The position numbers were made by a program, and so were the translations under genes. Below, in pieces: positions 25,989 through 37,300 of a stretch of 64,000 bases of DNA. Each line of letters begins with the position of its first letter. Position 1 is the first letter of the stretch. Below the pieces are notes generated by a model that worked only from the letters and a program-made list of their open reading frames with translations, did not search any database and was not told the DNA's origin. The stretch spans positions 1,649,742-1,713,741 of the forward strand of contig NMRA01000006.1 of NCBI GenBank assembly GCA_002633005.1, written 5' to 3'. Source of the stretch: Phoronis australis. Taxonomy: Eukaryota > Animalia > Phoronida.

Positions 25989-27084
25989 GTAAGGTCACTA
26001 GTCGGGACGACGGTGTGATCCACGGCTGTCGTCGTCTGTTGCATGTCTTGTGCCTCTCCCACACAGGGATGCTGTCACTCAAAGGATATGATAGAATTGT
26101 GAACGTTTGATACAAGTAGACTGAATGATTGTTTTGTAATAGTGGTCATTGGGATTTTTATAAATAATTTTGACACGGAGAAAAAAGTGTTGCCACCGTG
26201 CTTTTGAGCTTTTCACCCTCACCATCAGTCACTGCTTGCTGGCCTTGAGCTTCCCTGTCCTCGTTATTGTTGATAGCCCCGTAGAATACCAATTGTCCTT
26301 TGGGTGTACAGCGTTGCTTCTGGGACTTCACGTCTTAGCGTTATTAATGCATTTGCTAAACTGTCTGTCCTCAACTTAACTCCATTTTTTTAATTGTGAT
26401 GTCTGTATGTGTTTTGTATTGTATGCGTTTTCTGTTTAACATGTCATCTCTAAAGTCCTCTGTAAAGATCCTTCTGCTCACCAATTAACCGATTCGAACA
26501 TATTTCTTGGTCTATTTGTGCAACAGTAGAACTTAGTGATTTGGAGACCTGCAATATAATTTTTATTATTTAAGCTTTGCCTGCGCAGCAGGTTAATAAT
26601 TGAATGGTATCGTGTAAAGTATCATTGTATGTCTATTGTTTTAAGTTTAAGTTTCATTTTCGGAGCTACTGTTCCATCTGGCTTCTTTGACCAAGAAATG
26701 CATACTGTTACTTTTTGGTGAAAAACTTGCAATCACTAGCACTTTTTGTTTGTGAGGAATGGGCTTACTGGAATTGCCTACGGAAAGGGACTCGACAGAC
26801 TGCGGCTTTACTAGTGTTGGGAATCGGACTGGTTTTCGTATTCGGCATAATCGGTTATCGGACAGTGTCCAGCAATGGGAATTATAATTGATAATTGGTT
26901 CTTTGGCTTAATTATCTATCTTCGTAATCAAGAATCTAAATTTTTAAATACTAATTTTCAACTCAGAGAAACTGATTATCTGCATGAAAATAATGCCTGT
27001 AGTCTAGTGACCATGTTTTGCTACAAAATCACAATTTTTGATGTGAGAGTTTTCGCACGAAACTTGCACATTCTTTTTATGCAC

Positions 27085-28375
27085 CCATATATTTATATGT
27101 GAGTGGATTTTACCATCATCCCTGTCCCTCTGTCGTCTGCTGTTGTATCTCTGAAACCCCTTGATGGTAATTGGGGAAATTTTGTAGGCATGTTCCGATC
27201 ACAGATTGGATGGCATGAGCGAATTTTTTAACGCCTAGTGGGAGTTGGATTTTTTACGTTTGTCTCTTCACCTTGGGAGTTCCTTGATGGATTTTCATTA
27301 AATTTGGCAAATAGGTATCTGTTATGGAGACGTTTTTGGATGCATTCTCTGCCGTTTTTACTGTTGTCTAGTCTTTTTTGGCATTTTCCTCTCTATTGGC
27401 CAAACCACTCTGAGTAGGATTATAAAAACTGGCATATGTGTTCTTACTTTGAAGATAGCTGACAATGATTTTCAGATGGCTATGACTATTGTGACACCCC
27501 CTAGTGGCAGATTTTTCGCAACCTTTTACAAGACCTTTGTTAAATTTGACGGGTGTATTTCTAGAAACGTGACAGTGGATGATATTGACATTCGGTCGGA
27601 CCTGACTACTGTTATGTCTCCTATTGGCAGATGTATTTTTTACTTTTTCCTCCGTACTGTCGGACTTCCTTGATGGATTTTCATGAAATGTGGCAAAAAG
27701 GTTTCTATTAAAAGATGACAACATCTTCACATTTTCGGACGGTATGGATGTCTTGTCCCCAGTGGCAATTTTTATTATTGAGTCGGGTTTCTGGCATCTG
27801 CCTCTCTATCGGCCAAACCACTCCTATGGTGCATTATGAAAACTGGCGTATGTGTGTGTGTGTTCTTACTGGAAAGTGTATGGCTGGTGATGATGCTCGG
27901 ACATGTCTGACGTCTGGCGCCCTCATGTGGCAATTTTTTTGGCTCTGGCTCAATGCAAGTTACTTGATGGATCATCATGAAATTTAACATGTACCACTAT
28001 TGAGGAGAGCGAACAAGTGACATGGATTTTGGGACGAATCTGACAGCTGCGGAGTCGCCTAGTGACAGTGACAATTTTGTTTTTCTTTCAATTTGCTGTA
28101 GCATCTACCAATTTTCTTTTTGGATGTTCATGAAATATGGCAAATAAGTTACTATCATATGGACGACAGCTCCTGACCTGTTTCAAATGGATCTGACCTA
28201 TATTGCATCCCCCAGCGACCTTTTGTTTTGTTTTGTTTTCGCTTGTCTCTCTATTCTCAAAACTTTTTGTAGAATCATGAAAGGTGGCAGGTGTTTTCCT
28301 GTTGATGAGAACATTTCTGACTTGCTTTGCTCCCCCTAGAGGCCATTATCGCGTTAACTAGCATTGCTCCGTTAA
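27085..28375. mobile_element. Non-autonomous element with degenerate internal repeats, copy 2
   Basis: ttgatggattttcat(g/t)aaat(t/g)tggcaaa recurs; 3' end ccccctagaggc..ctagcattgctccgt matches 18635-18680. Confidence 0.6.
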
Positions 28376-31204
28376 GTGGGTTGGTTTAAAATCTGCTGTA
28401 TTCGATGCAGTGGGTGCATATCAGTGTTCCGCGTTGCTCTTATTTATTTTGTTTGTTACAAAAGCATTTCTGAGATTTCCTGCCAAAGCCGCTGTGCCCG
28501 AGAACTCGACTATCAAGATTTAAGACACGGTCACATGACCACAAACTTGTCATTTTTTCCTTGTCAACAAAAACTTCAAAACCATCAGCAATGCTTGAGG
28601 GCTTATTGGGGTTGACCATCCCTAAAAACTAAGTTTGAAAATGGTGTCCGTATGTATTGCCAGTGACCTTAAGTTACCAGCTCATTTGGTATCAATTCAT
28701 GCTAAGCACTTCAATTTAGAACTGAACATTGACAGCTAAACAGCAACACCTACACTAAGTTAGTGACATTTATGTGCTCGATACTGAATCATGTAAAATT
28801 TAAGGATTGAACTGAATGTATCTTTGGTTATGCTCACCCATTTCCGGATTTTTCCGATTATGATTGGTCACCAGCCTTCACTTACTTAGCTCCACCACCT
28901 CCCTTAAGTGTCAGTGCGTATTTTAGATTTAAGTGTCATAGCAGTGTCTGTAGCAGTCGTCGTGATTCACATGGAAACAAATCCTGCCTAAGTTATATAA
29001 TTTCAATTTCCACTTTTTGCTGTGAAAGTTGCACTTCCTTTCCCAGAAATGGTAATTAAGCTTTTCAAACTGGACAAAACTGCGTTATATGGTTGGGATC
29101 GTATGATCACCTACGGTCTCCGTCTCTGTTTGTAGAGTTATAACTGTAGTTCTTGTCTGTGCGTGGAATAGAAATAGCTGTGCTGATGCTGTCTATTTTG
29201 GAGTATTAGGTTCAAGGCAGCAAATTCTATTGCAAAAATAAAATAAAGATGGGTGCTATCAAAATGTGGTAAAATCAATGTAGAGGTTTGTTAAACAAAC
29301 TAACTGGTCGCGTGGGAACGTTAATTGTATGCGTGTTACAATACACTTTGGCATATGGACATGATTTGGTTAAAAACATTTCTACTTACTGATAGCTTCA
29401 TTTTGCTTTTGTTGGTCATGTGACATTATTCTCTCATTATGTGGAAACTCACAATTTTAGGTTTGCTTTGAAAATCTTTTTATACGTTAAAAGCTTGTAG
29501 TGTGCTAGAACGTTATGTGCTACGTTCAGATGAATTTACTAATTTCTTGTCATGAGAGAGACATTGACAACAGGCTCAGTGAGATGTTTGTGTCGGTATG
29601 AAATATTTATTGGCTTAGATTTTGGACTACACAATGACTATCACTGTTTAGAAAGGTGGTTTTATGTGAAAGTGTGCAAATAAGTATTTTATACTGACTG
29701 ACGCAGCATCCCGCATGTCTTAATTGTCTTGCTATCTGGTTACGACTTCTATTTTAAAATCTCACTCGGAGACATTATATATAATACAAATACGCTGAAA
29801 ATGTAGTGACTGATCATATGGGCCAATGCCTTTTCTTGCCATACAGATGATGGGAATGTCTTTACACCTTCATTATAGGGATTAGAGGTTCCATAAAGTA
29901 GTAGAAGCTATCTTCACATATTTCACACAAAAATAATTGCCAAAATTGTCGTTAATCCTTTTTTCAAAGCTTGACTACCTTGTTGGAAACTGGATTTTTA
30001 TCAAAAGTTTTATGACAAACTATGTTTAGTAAATGATCTTAATTTCCTTAATCTTTATTTTTATTAAAACATTAAATTGACAAAATGAGATTTCGCTTGG
30101 TGTCCATATTGTGTGCTAAATATGTGAAAAATTGCTGTATGTTCATCATTTTTGTAGAGAAGTTTCTCTGTATAGCCATCTGGAAGTAGACGTTCTGAAT
30201 AACACAGTGTGGCAGGATTTGTCATCTATCCCATGTGATCAATCAATGTCACTTTCTGAAAGTCTCCGCCTTCATAAACCAGTTGTATCTAATGTTAGTA
30301 ATCTTGTCTGGAGTGGTGTGCTGTAGCAAACTAAGAGCCCTGAGGCTGCTGTGTACACGTCTTATTAAAAAACTAAGTTGTGTTGTAGACTAGTTATTGT
30401 AATAAAGGTCTCAACTTGTTCTTAATCAGATTAGAAATCATATATTGGCTTGAGGAAAAATTGACCTGCAGTATTTCTTGTGGCCGGTGAAGACTGGTCT
30501 CGAGTAATTGGTTTTTTCCGGTCCCAGGAATCACTTCTATTCTGAATTAGTAACAATTTGAGACCAATTATATAATGGTTAATGGTCAAAACCAAACGTT
30601 TTTCAACAGAAGGCTGGTACATAGCAACTCGTTTCTACTTAACATTCAGTTGAAATGTATTTAGTTGATTTTAGCCTAATAACAGACTTAGGATACAGCT
30701 GTTTTCAAAAAAGTTGATGGATTTGTTTTTGTCAAAAAATTGACAAAATTGTGTGAAAACATATAACTAATTTTTTTATGGTTTACAAGTAATTTTGCCA
30801 TTTCCTTCGCATCAGTTTGCGTAATTTTACGGAAATTCATCAGCTTTTCTGAGAACTGCTGTAGACAGCTATAATTGACACCAGATGCAAGGTACTACAC
30901 GCACACACATGTACATCGAAGTTGTTGTTTATTTACAAAGTATTTTAACATTTTATAGTTTTTAAAAAGCTTTCACCTATTTGTGATTATTTGCTAGGTT
31001 AGCTGTGTGGTCGCATTTGTTTTATCATTTATGTTTCAAGATTGTTGCATTTATGAAAAGTACTGTCTTTCGAATATGTCGAAGAATCTTTATTTTGTGT
31101 ACACTGCGAGGAGATAATAAAAATACATTGTTTATACCAATGTGCAATATAACTATACGGTGTTTTCTTCTTCATTCATCCGTTCTACTACTGTTTCGTT
31201 TTAG

Positions 31205-31471
31205 TACGAACTCTCCCCATGGGATCGCCACGTGTCGTTTCCTCCGGAATATGGGGAGGAGGAAGAGGAGGAGCCAGATAAAGACGGTAAACTGATCCGG
31301 AAGAACACACCCCATCACCTCAAGAATAAACGCGTACAACAGAACTTGAGTAAAGAGGACGCTGAACTAACTGTTCGCGCCATCCTGGCTCAGTCGGCTC
31401 TCAATAAAGAACAAACACCCCAGGGACCAACACCCCCTAGTCCCCCAGCTCATACATCCACACCTATGAGG
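31205..31471 (+). CDS. scrib: Scribble linker exon with second TPH motif (YELSPWDRHVSF...KLIRKNTPHHLKNKRV...STPMR)
   Basis: ttttag|..|gtaagt, 267 bp, phase 0-0; TPHHLKNKR matches invertebrate Scribble as I recall it. Confidence 0.92.
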
Positions 31472-32245
31472 GTAAGTTTACCCTTGATCGTCAATTTTTC
31501 GAGTAAATTAGGAGCCAAAATATAACTATTTCCTTCTGCTGAGCTGTACGAAAAACAAAATCAAAACTCGGCCACTTACCCGTAAAAAGTCGGTCGTGAA
31601 ATCGATTCTTACCGTTTTTAAAGTTTATTTCTATCACCACGAAGAACAGCTAGAGTATTTAATTTTTTGTGAATAAAAAAATAATGAGAATATCACGGCG
31701 CTGGAGAGCTCTTCCAAAATTTGACCTCTTAACTAGATCGCGAGTTATCTCAATTCCAACTGATTGTTAAAACAGAATACATGACGGCAAAGAAAAGCCT
31801 AGTGTGATGAGTTCAATTAAAATATTTCTGGATTTTACTGATGAGTTTAGTGTGTAGGGAAAGTGCAGCATTGCTAACAGCCATGACAACTGATTTGAAA
31901 CAAAACTTTGTGCCAATGAAAACTACAAAACTTATTGGTGGTTTGGCATTTTGCTTCTCTTTGGTCAAATTTCTTCCTTGTTTACATATTAAAATGATAA
32001 GCTGTCTGAATGGGAATATCTCTGTGTATTGCATCCTTCAGAGTCTTCACTATGTTAATTTATCTCCCTCATACTGCTAAAAAGAAGTTGTCTTACCTGG
32101 TACAGTTCATTGAGTTATGAAAAAATTCTAACAACACAGCTATAACAACAAAAACTAGTTAACAATCTGACCATCAGATGGTGTTCACTTAGTTACAGAT
32201 ATTCAGAACATGCGTTTAATAGCAACAATTCCTTAATTATTGTAG

Positions 32246-32419
32246 AGGGATTCACCACCTCCCAGCAACGCTGTTGCCAGCTTGGAAAGTGCTCCGTTAT
32301 CATCAACAGAAACAAATGAAGAAGAGATTAGGATCCGAGTTTTGCGAGAGCCCAACGAGGGGTTAGGCATTAGTATAGCTGGAGGAAAGGGCTCTAGTCC
32401 TTACAAGGGAGACGATGAG
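32246..32419 (+). CDS. scrib: Scribble exon, start of PDZ1 (..IRVLREPNEGLGISIAGGKGSSPYKGDDE)
   Basis: ttgtag|..|gtacg, 174 bp, phase 0-0. Confidence 0.95.
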
Positions 32420-32519
32420 GTACGATACAAGGGAGATAAGTACTATCCACTTCAAGCGGCTACAAACCTATTATCAGTTACCACCTTAAAATGGGTACCA
32501 ACTTGTTCCTTACCCAGAT

Positions 32520-32680
32520 AAGAGGGGATTGTGGATTTCTGGGTTCGCAAAGAGCTGACAGTTTTTCCTCGAGGTCATACTCAATGTATAAACTGACGTG
32601 CCGCGACAAGCCAACTTGTAGAGCCGGGTCTTGAGCAACAAACTGTCACTTCCTTCAAAGCCCTGAAATCACCTCTAATT
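32520..32680. repeat. Degenerate palindromic element
   Basis: gatttctgggtt..tgacagtttttcctcgag pairs with cttgagcaacaaactgtca..gccctgaaatc. Confidence 0.55.
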
Positions 32681-33017
32681 CAGCTAAGGAATAATTTGAA
32701 ATCAGTTTTATAACGGTAAGAATAATCTAAATGAAAAGTTGTTTTTTTTGCAATGGAAGACTGGTTTATAGCTGCTCTGTGGTTGTATAGGACCTTAAAA
32801 AAATCTCCAAATTTGGCTAATATCTCAGAAATGACAGATCAGATTTATATGAAACTTTAAGGTACTGTGTTTTTTGCGCACCATTATGAGTTGCTTTTGA
32901 AGTATTCCACATTGCATTAGGAGCTGACAAACAATAAAACTGGCTTAAAGCTTGCAATTTTGTAGATGTTTTGCTTGTCAATATGGTCCAAAATAACCTT
33001 AATTGTTTTGTTCCTAG

Positions 33018-33218
33018 AGTATATTTATTTCGCGGGTCAACCCTGACGGCCCTTCAGGCAAGCATGGTGTTCTTGTCGGGGACAAGCTGGTGTCTGTGAA
33101 TGGAATCAGTCTGCTTAATGCCTATCACCATGAGGCTGTCGAGGCATTAAAGAACAGTAGCAATATTGTTGACATGGTGATTGCCAGGGAACGTAGAATT
33201 CCTCTCGGAGAGTCTGTG
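33018..33218 (+). CDS. scrib: Scribble exon, rest of PDZ1 (SIFISRVNPDGPSGKHGVLVGDKLVSVNG..HHEAVEALKN..)
   Basis: cctag|..|gtaagt, 201 bp, phase 0-0. Confidence 0.96.
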
Positions 33219-33981
33219 GTAAGTTTTAGTTCTTTGCCCATTACCAGCGGTATTGCTATTCTCCATCTTTATCAGTGAGCATGTTTTGTCATGAATGAAT
33301 GCTGATTCATCTTCAGACTGTCTGATAAGGTGTGGTTCATTGCACAGTTGAAAGGGTAACGTCAGTATTGTGGTCTCACGCCTCGTGTCGTCTGCCACTG
33401 TCTTCTGTCCTGCTATGAGTTGGACAGAGGTTGACTCTGAGAATGTAACTGTTTTTGATGTTACCTTCAGTAAAAATACAAATCACTGGTTATCTTGGAA
33501 AGACATTTTTTCATATTAATTACTTTTCCATTGGCGTGTGTCTGCAATCCATGGGACAATGGAAAGTGACATAAATGGCCCAATAAAAGTTCATGCCTTG
33601 GTTCTGCATTCATCTTCATTGAGTAAATCAATGACTAACACATACTGTGTTCAATAGCGAGTAGGGTAACAGCAGAATCAAAGTGCAAGACTTGTGCTGG
33701 GCTGTAAAGATCGGGTTCTGTTGTTGCTTGGATAGACACCAGTAGAATAGTTATTATCACAGAAAAATATATCTCCGACTCAACCAGAGTTTTGCATTTT
33801 TATTGGATGTAATATCGAAAATGTTTGTGTTCCCCTTGAAATTAGTACTGAACAGTATGAGTACTTTTGTTGTTATTACGGGACCAAATGCCGTCTGCTG
33901 TGCTCAGGTAGAAGTATGTATGTGCACAATGAATGCTTCCTTGAGTGCATTTTATTACACCATAATAAGTATATCTTTAAG

Positions 33982-34132
33982 TGTTTTGAATGATAAAGAA
34001 GTGATTAGTATGTCTTGAGTGATAGAGAAGTGATCAGCATGTCTTGAATGATAGAGAAGTGATTAGCATGTTTTGAATGATAGAGAAGTGATTAGCATGT
34101 CTTGAATGATAGAGAAGTGATTAGCATGTCTT
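33982..34132. repeat. 29-bp minisatellite, ~5 copies
   Basis: Unit gaatgatagagaagtgattagcatgtctt. Confidence 0.92.
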
Positions 34133-36040
34133 CAGTCATGAGCGGCATGTAAATCCTTGATTTTAGAAATTCAGCACGATCTGCCTGCATGATGTATTGT
34201 GACATTTCATTCCCATTTTAGACTTATTGCTCATACTTTGTTTTTTCGATGCTTTTGTGCCTTTCATGTTTTTTGATTCAAAATTGTTTCTCAACTACTG
34301 AAAGTAAAGTTCGGCATTTATGATTTTATAGACTTTCTCCATGTCATGTTTGTTGAAATTTCATTGTGTTCATTTTCAATGGTGGTAGACTGCAATTCAG
34401 TGCCTTTTAAACGTTTCACAAGGTGTTATCATTTATCACGGTAATTTCTAATCTTTAGGTCTCTTTCGCTTGTTGCGTTTGTAAAGTAGCTGACATGTAG
34501 TAATGACAAACAGTTCTTAGAATTTCTCGCACATGTGTATAGTTCTTTATTTCTCTTCTCCCAAATATCTCTCTGTCAAATCAGTTTAGTCTGGTTAGGT
34601 TTCTACCCCATTACATTTAACAAGTACAACCTAACTGAGGTCACTGATGCTTCATTAACCTAAGAAGTACAATGGAACTCTTTTTTAAAGCCACATGCAG
34701 CCCTGCATTTAAGAAAGGCTCAAAAGTTAATGGATATTGTATTCAAAGGTATTTAAATTACAAATCTCGGGGTCAGTGATGATACCTCTGAAGTCGTAAG
34801 CAGTGTGTCACCAATGAGTGATCTGAGGTATCCTGCATTGTTTATATGGTTTTGGCGTCAGTATTGCGATTGCTAATTATTTGTCATTTCTCCAAACGTT
34901 TTCCCAGCACACGGAAACTGGAAAGGCCAATTCAAAACAGCGGGAGCTTGTCTTGTTTCTAGATTTTTACTCAAGTTTATTTGCTCAAGTCCCGTTGATT
35001 GTGCAAGTGCCAGTTCGATCAAGAGAGGCCTGACCTACTTTGCACATCACAGGCACTTGTACTCATTCATTGCCGTTAACTGCGTTGTATTCGTTTCCAA
35101 CTGGCGAATCACTCTGTTCGTATGGAAAACACTAGAGTTCCTCATGAAAATCGAACATTTTTCCTCTATTGTTGGCTAATGATAAACACATCCACTGCTT
35201 ACGCGTGATTGGGAGAATTGAGACTCTGATCATGAGAAAGATGATTTAGTTGGTATAAGTGCATCAGGCATTGCAGAAATTCTGGTTACAATGAATAACG
35301 AACGTATTTGTCAATTCGTACAATGTACAGTACATGGCAGAAGTATACATACGAAGTACAGTTTCCCGTTCATGACGGTTGAAGCTGTCATGACTTCATC
35401 ATTCTTGCTTCACTGATGATGAATTATGTTTGCACCTAAGGTGTCATGACCCGGAATTCAGTCTGTTTGTTGTGCAGTATTTTAGTGCGATATTTACTTC
35501 GTGAAAAAAAACAAAAACGAGATTTGTACTTTTAATCAATCAATTTCCTAGGCTTGCTCTTTATGACAAATAAAGTTCAGCAATAGTCTTTGGTTGTACA
35601 CTCTTTGTGGAAAACCAGGATAACATGGAAAATTGCCATGAAAACAAATCCTTTACTTGTAAAGCTCTGAAGATATTATAAAGACTAAAAAAATCTTGGA
35701 AAACTTAGGGATTGTTTCATTGCCATACCTCATTTCTGCCCTTTAATTTGTTGCTGCGTGTGGCTCTGATTTCTTTCTTTCAAGTCAAATGTATTTCTAA
35801 CCAATTCGTGTAATCCTTTTGCTTTCAGGTTTTGTTATTTTTACATTGCGTTGATTTGCCATTCGTGACCTTGCCAATGCATGTTAAGGCAATGCTCGAA
35901 GTTCTCCCAAGATTTTCACATCAAAGAATTTTTGTTTGCATTGTGGCCACAGTTAGGTTGAGATACCACCATAGTCACCATATTACCCAGCATGCATTGC
36001 TTGCATGTTCCTAACTTTTTGCTTGCCCTAACCATTACAG

Positions 36041-36130
36041 AAGTCTGTCTCTAACGAGTTGCCCAAGCACCGGGGCAGTGGTAATAGTGTTGCGTTCGCT
36101 CCTGAGCCTGAAATGGAGGTTCGTCAAGAG
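36041..36130 (+). CDS. scrib: Scribble PDZ1-PDZ2 linker exon, probably a cassette (KSVSNELPKHRGSGNSVAFAPEPEMEVRQE)
   Basis: ttacag|..|gtagg, 90 bp, phase 0-0; CTAAC and GCATG motifs upstream. Confidence 0.8.
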
Positions 36131-37058
36131 GTAGGTTATGTCTGCTTCTGGCGGCGATGTTTAACCAGTCCGCATGATTCACGAGTCCTGGTTGCATTTG
36201 TGTTTCGTAAACGGGTTTAACTACTCATGATCAGTCTTTCCATTCACACACTTCCCACTAAAATCACTACTGTAGGTATTAACAAGTTCATCCGGTGACT
36301 GGACTAAACAAGCCTGCTTTTAACAGACGTCTTGTTTTCATAAAATAGGAAATTATTTCAATTTAGTCAGTTCCAAGGCTTTTATGAGTTCAATTTCACT
36401 GACAAAAAGGCTAAACGTTTGCTCCTTTGCTTTTGTGGTCATTGAAAAGGAACTTTGAAAACTCACGGCCCTTCATGATTTTGGGGTTAAATATGGCATT
36501 GATTTATCACGATCGCAAACAGTTCAGACCATTTTTTATGCTCCCTCTTGAATACATGCTTTCCCATAACTGTCAATTCAACTACTGCCCCACAGTGTTC
36601 CCCCACAGTGTGCCCCCACAGTGTGCCCCCACTGTGGCAATTTTTTGTTTCTGCCTCCATGTGACAAGTCCCTCAATGGAACCTCGGATAAGTTCCTTAC
36701 TGGGAGAATACAGTTTTTGCCTTTTTAAAAACAAAATGCAGTTGTATCTCTTGGAAACATTTTTGTTTTAAATGCCCGTTTTTGAAATTTGGCAGCTGTG
36801 TTCTTGTCAATTTTCATGAAGTTGAGCGGACATGTTTTTATTAAGGATAGGCAGTGCACAAACAGCTAGCAGTGCGCCCTCTTGTGACAATTTCATACTT
36901 ACTTTCTGTTTCGCAATTTTTTCAAAAATCTTTTTCTTAATGTAGTAGCACTCCTGGTGACCAGAGTCATCACGAATCTTTCTTTGCTTGGACATGAGAA
37001 CCTCAGTACTTAAATTTAAGATGAGAGCTCTTGCTTAAACTTGACCTATTTCTTGCAG

Positions 37059-37151
37059 GTTGTTAGTACGGTGCTAGAACGTGATGAAAATGGACTCGGT
37101 TTCAGCATTGCAGGGGGGCGAGGCTCGATACCTTTCAAAGGTGATGACGAC
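37059..37151 (+). CDS. scrib: Scribble exon, PDZ2 start (VVSTVLERDENGLGFSIAGGRGSIPFKGDDD)
   Basis: ttgcag|..|gtaagt, 93 bp, GLGF loop. Confidence 0.96.
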
Positions 37152-37207
37152 GTAAGTACTTAGTTGTTGCATGTCTATGGCTCAACATTTCCAATTTTGA
37201 CAATAAT

Positions 37208-37300
37208 CACTTACAAGGGCCCCCGGATTTTGAGAACCAGTTTGTTGCTCATTATTCAGTGGAGAAAACTGGTTCTCAAAATGTGGGACCCCTGTAATTG
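37208..37300. repeat. Hairpin family A, copy 4 (same core, different outer arms)
   Basis: ttacaagggcccc..ttttgagaaccagttt..ttattcagtggagaaaactggttctcaaaa..gggacccctgtaa. Confidence 0.78.

Noticed and set aside
26527-26575. cagtag tandem acceptor followed by a short ORF as a terminal exon
   Set aside because: Only 9-15 codons, no motif and no independent support
32402-32443. Short duplication tacaagggaga.. across the PDZ1 donor as an alternative donor
   Set aside because: The second copy gives a weak, out-of-frame site inside a PDZ domain
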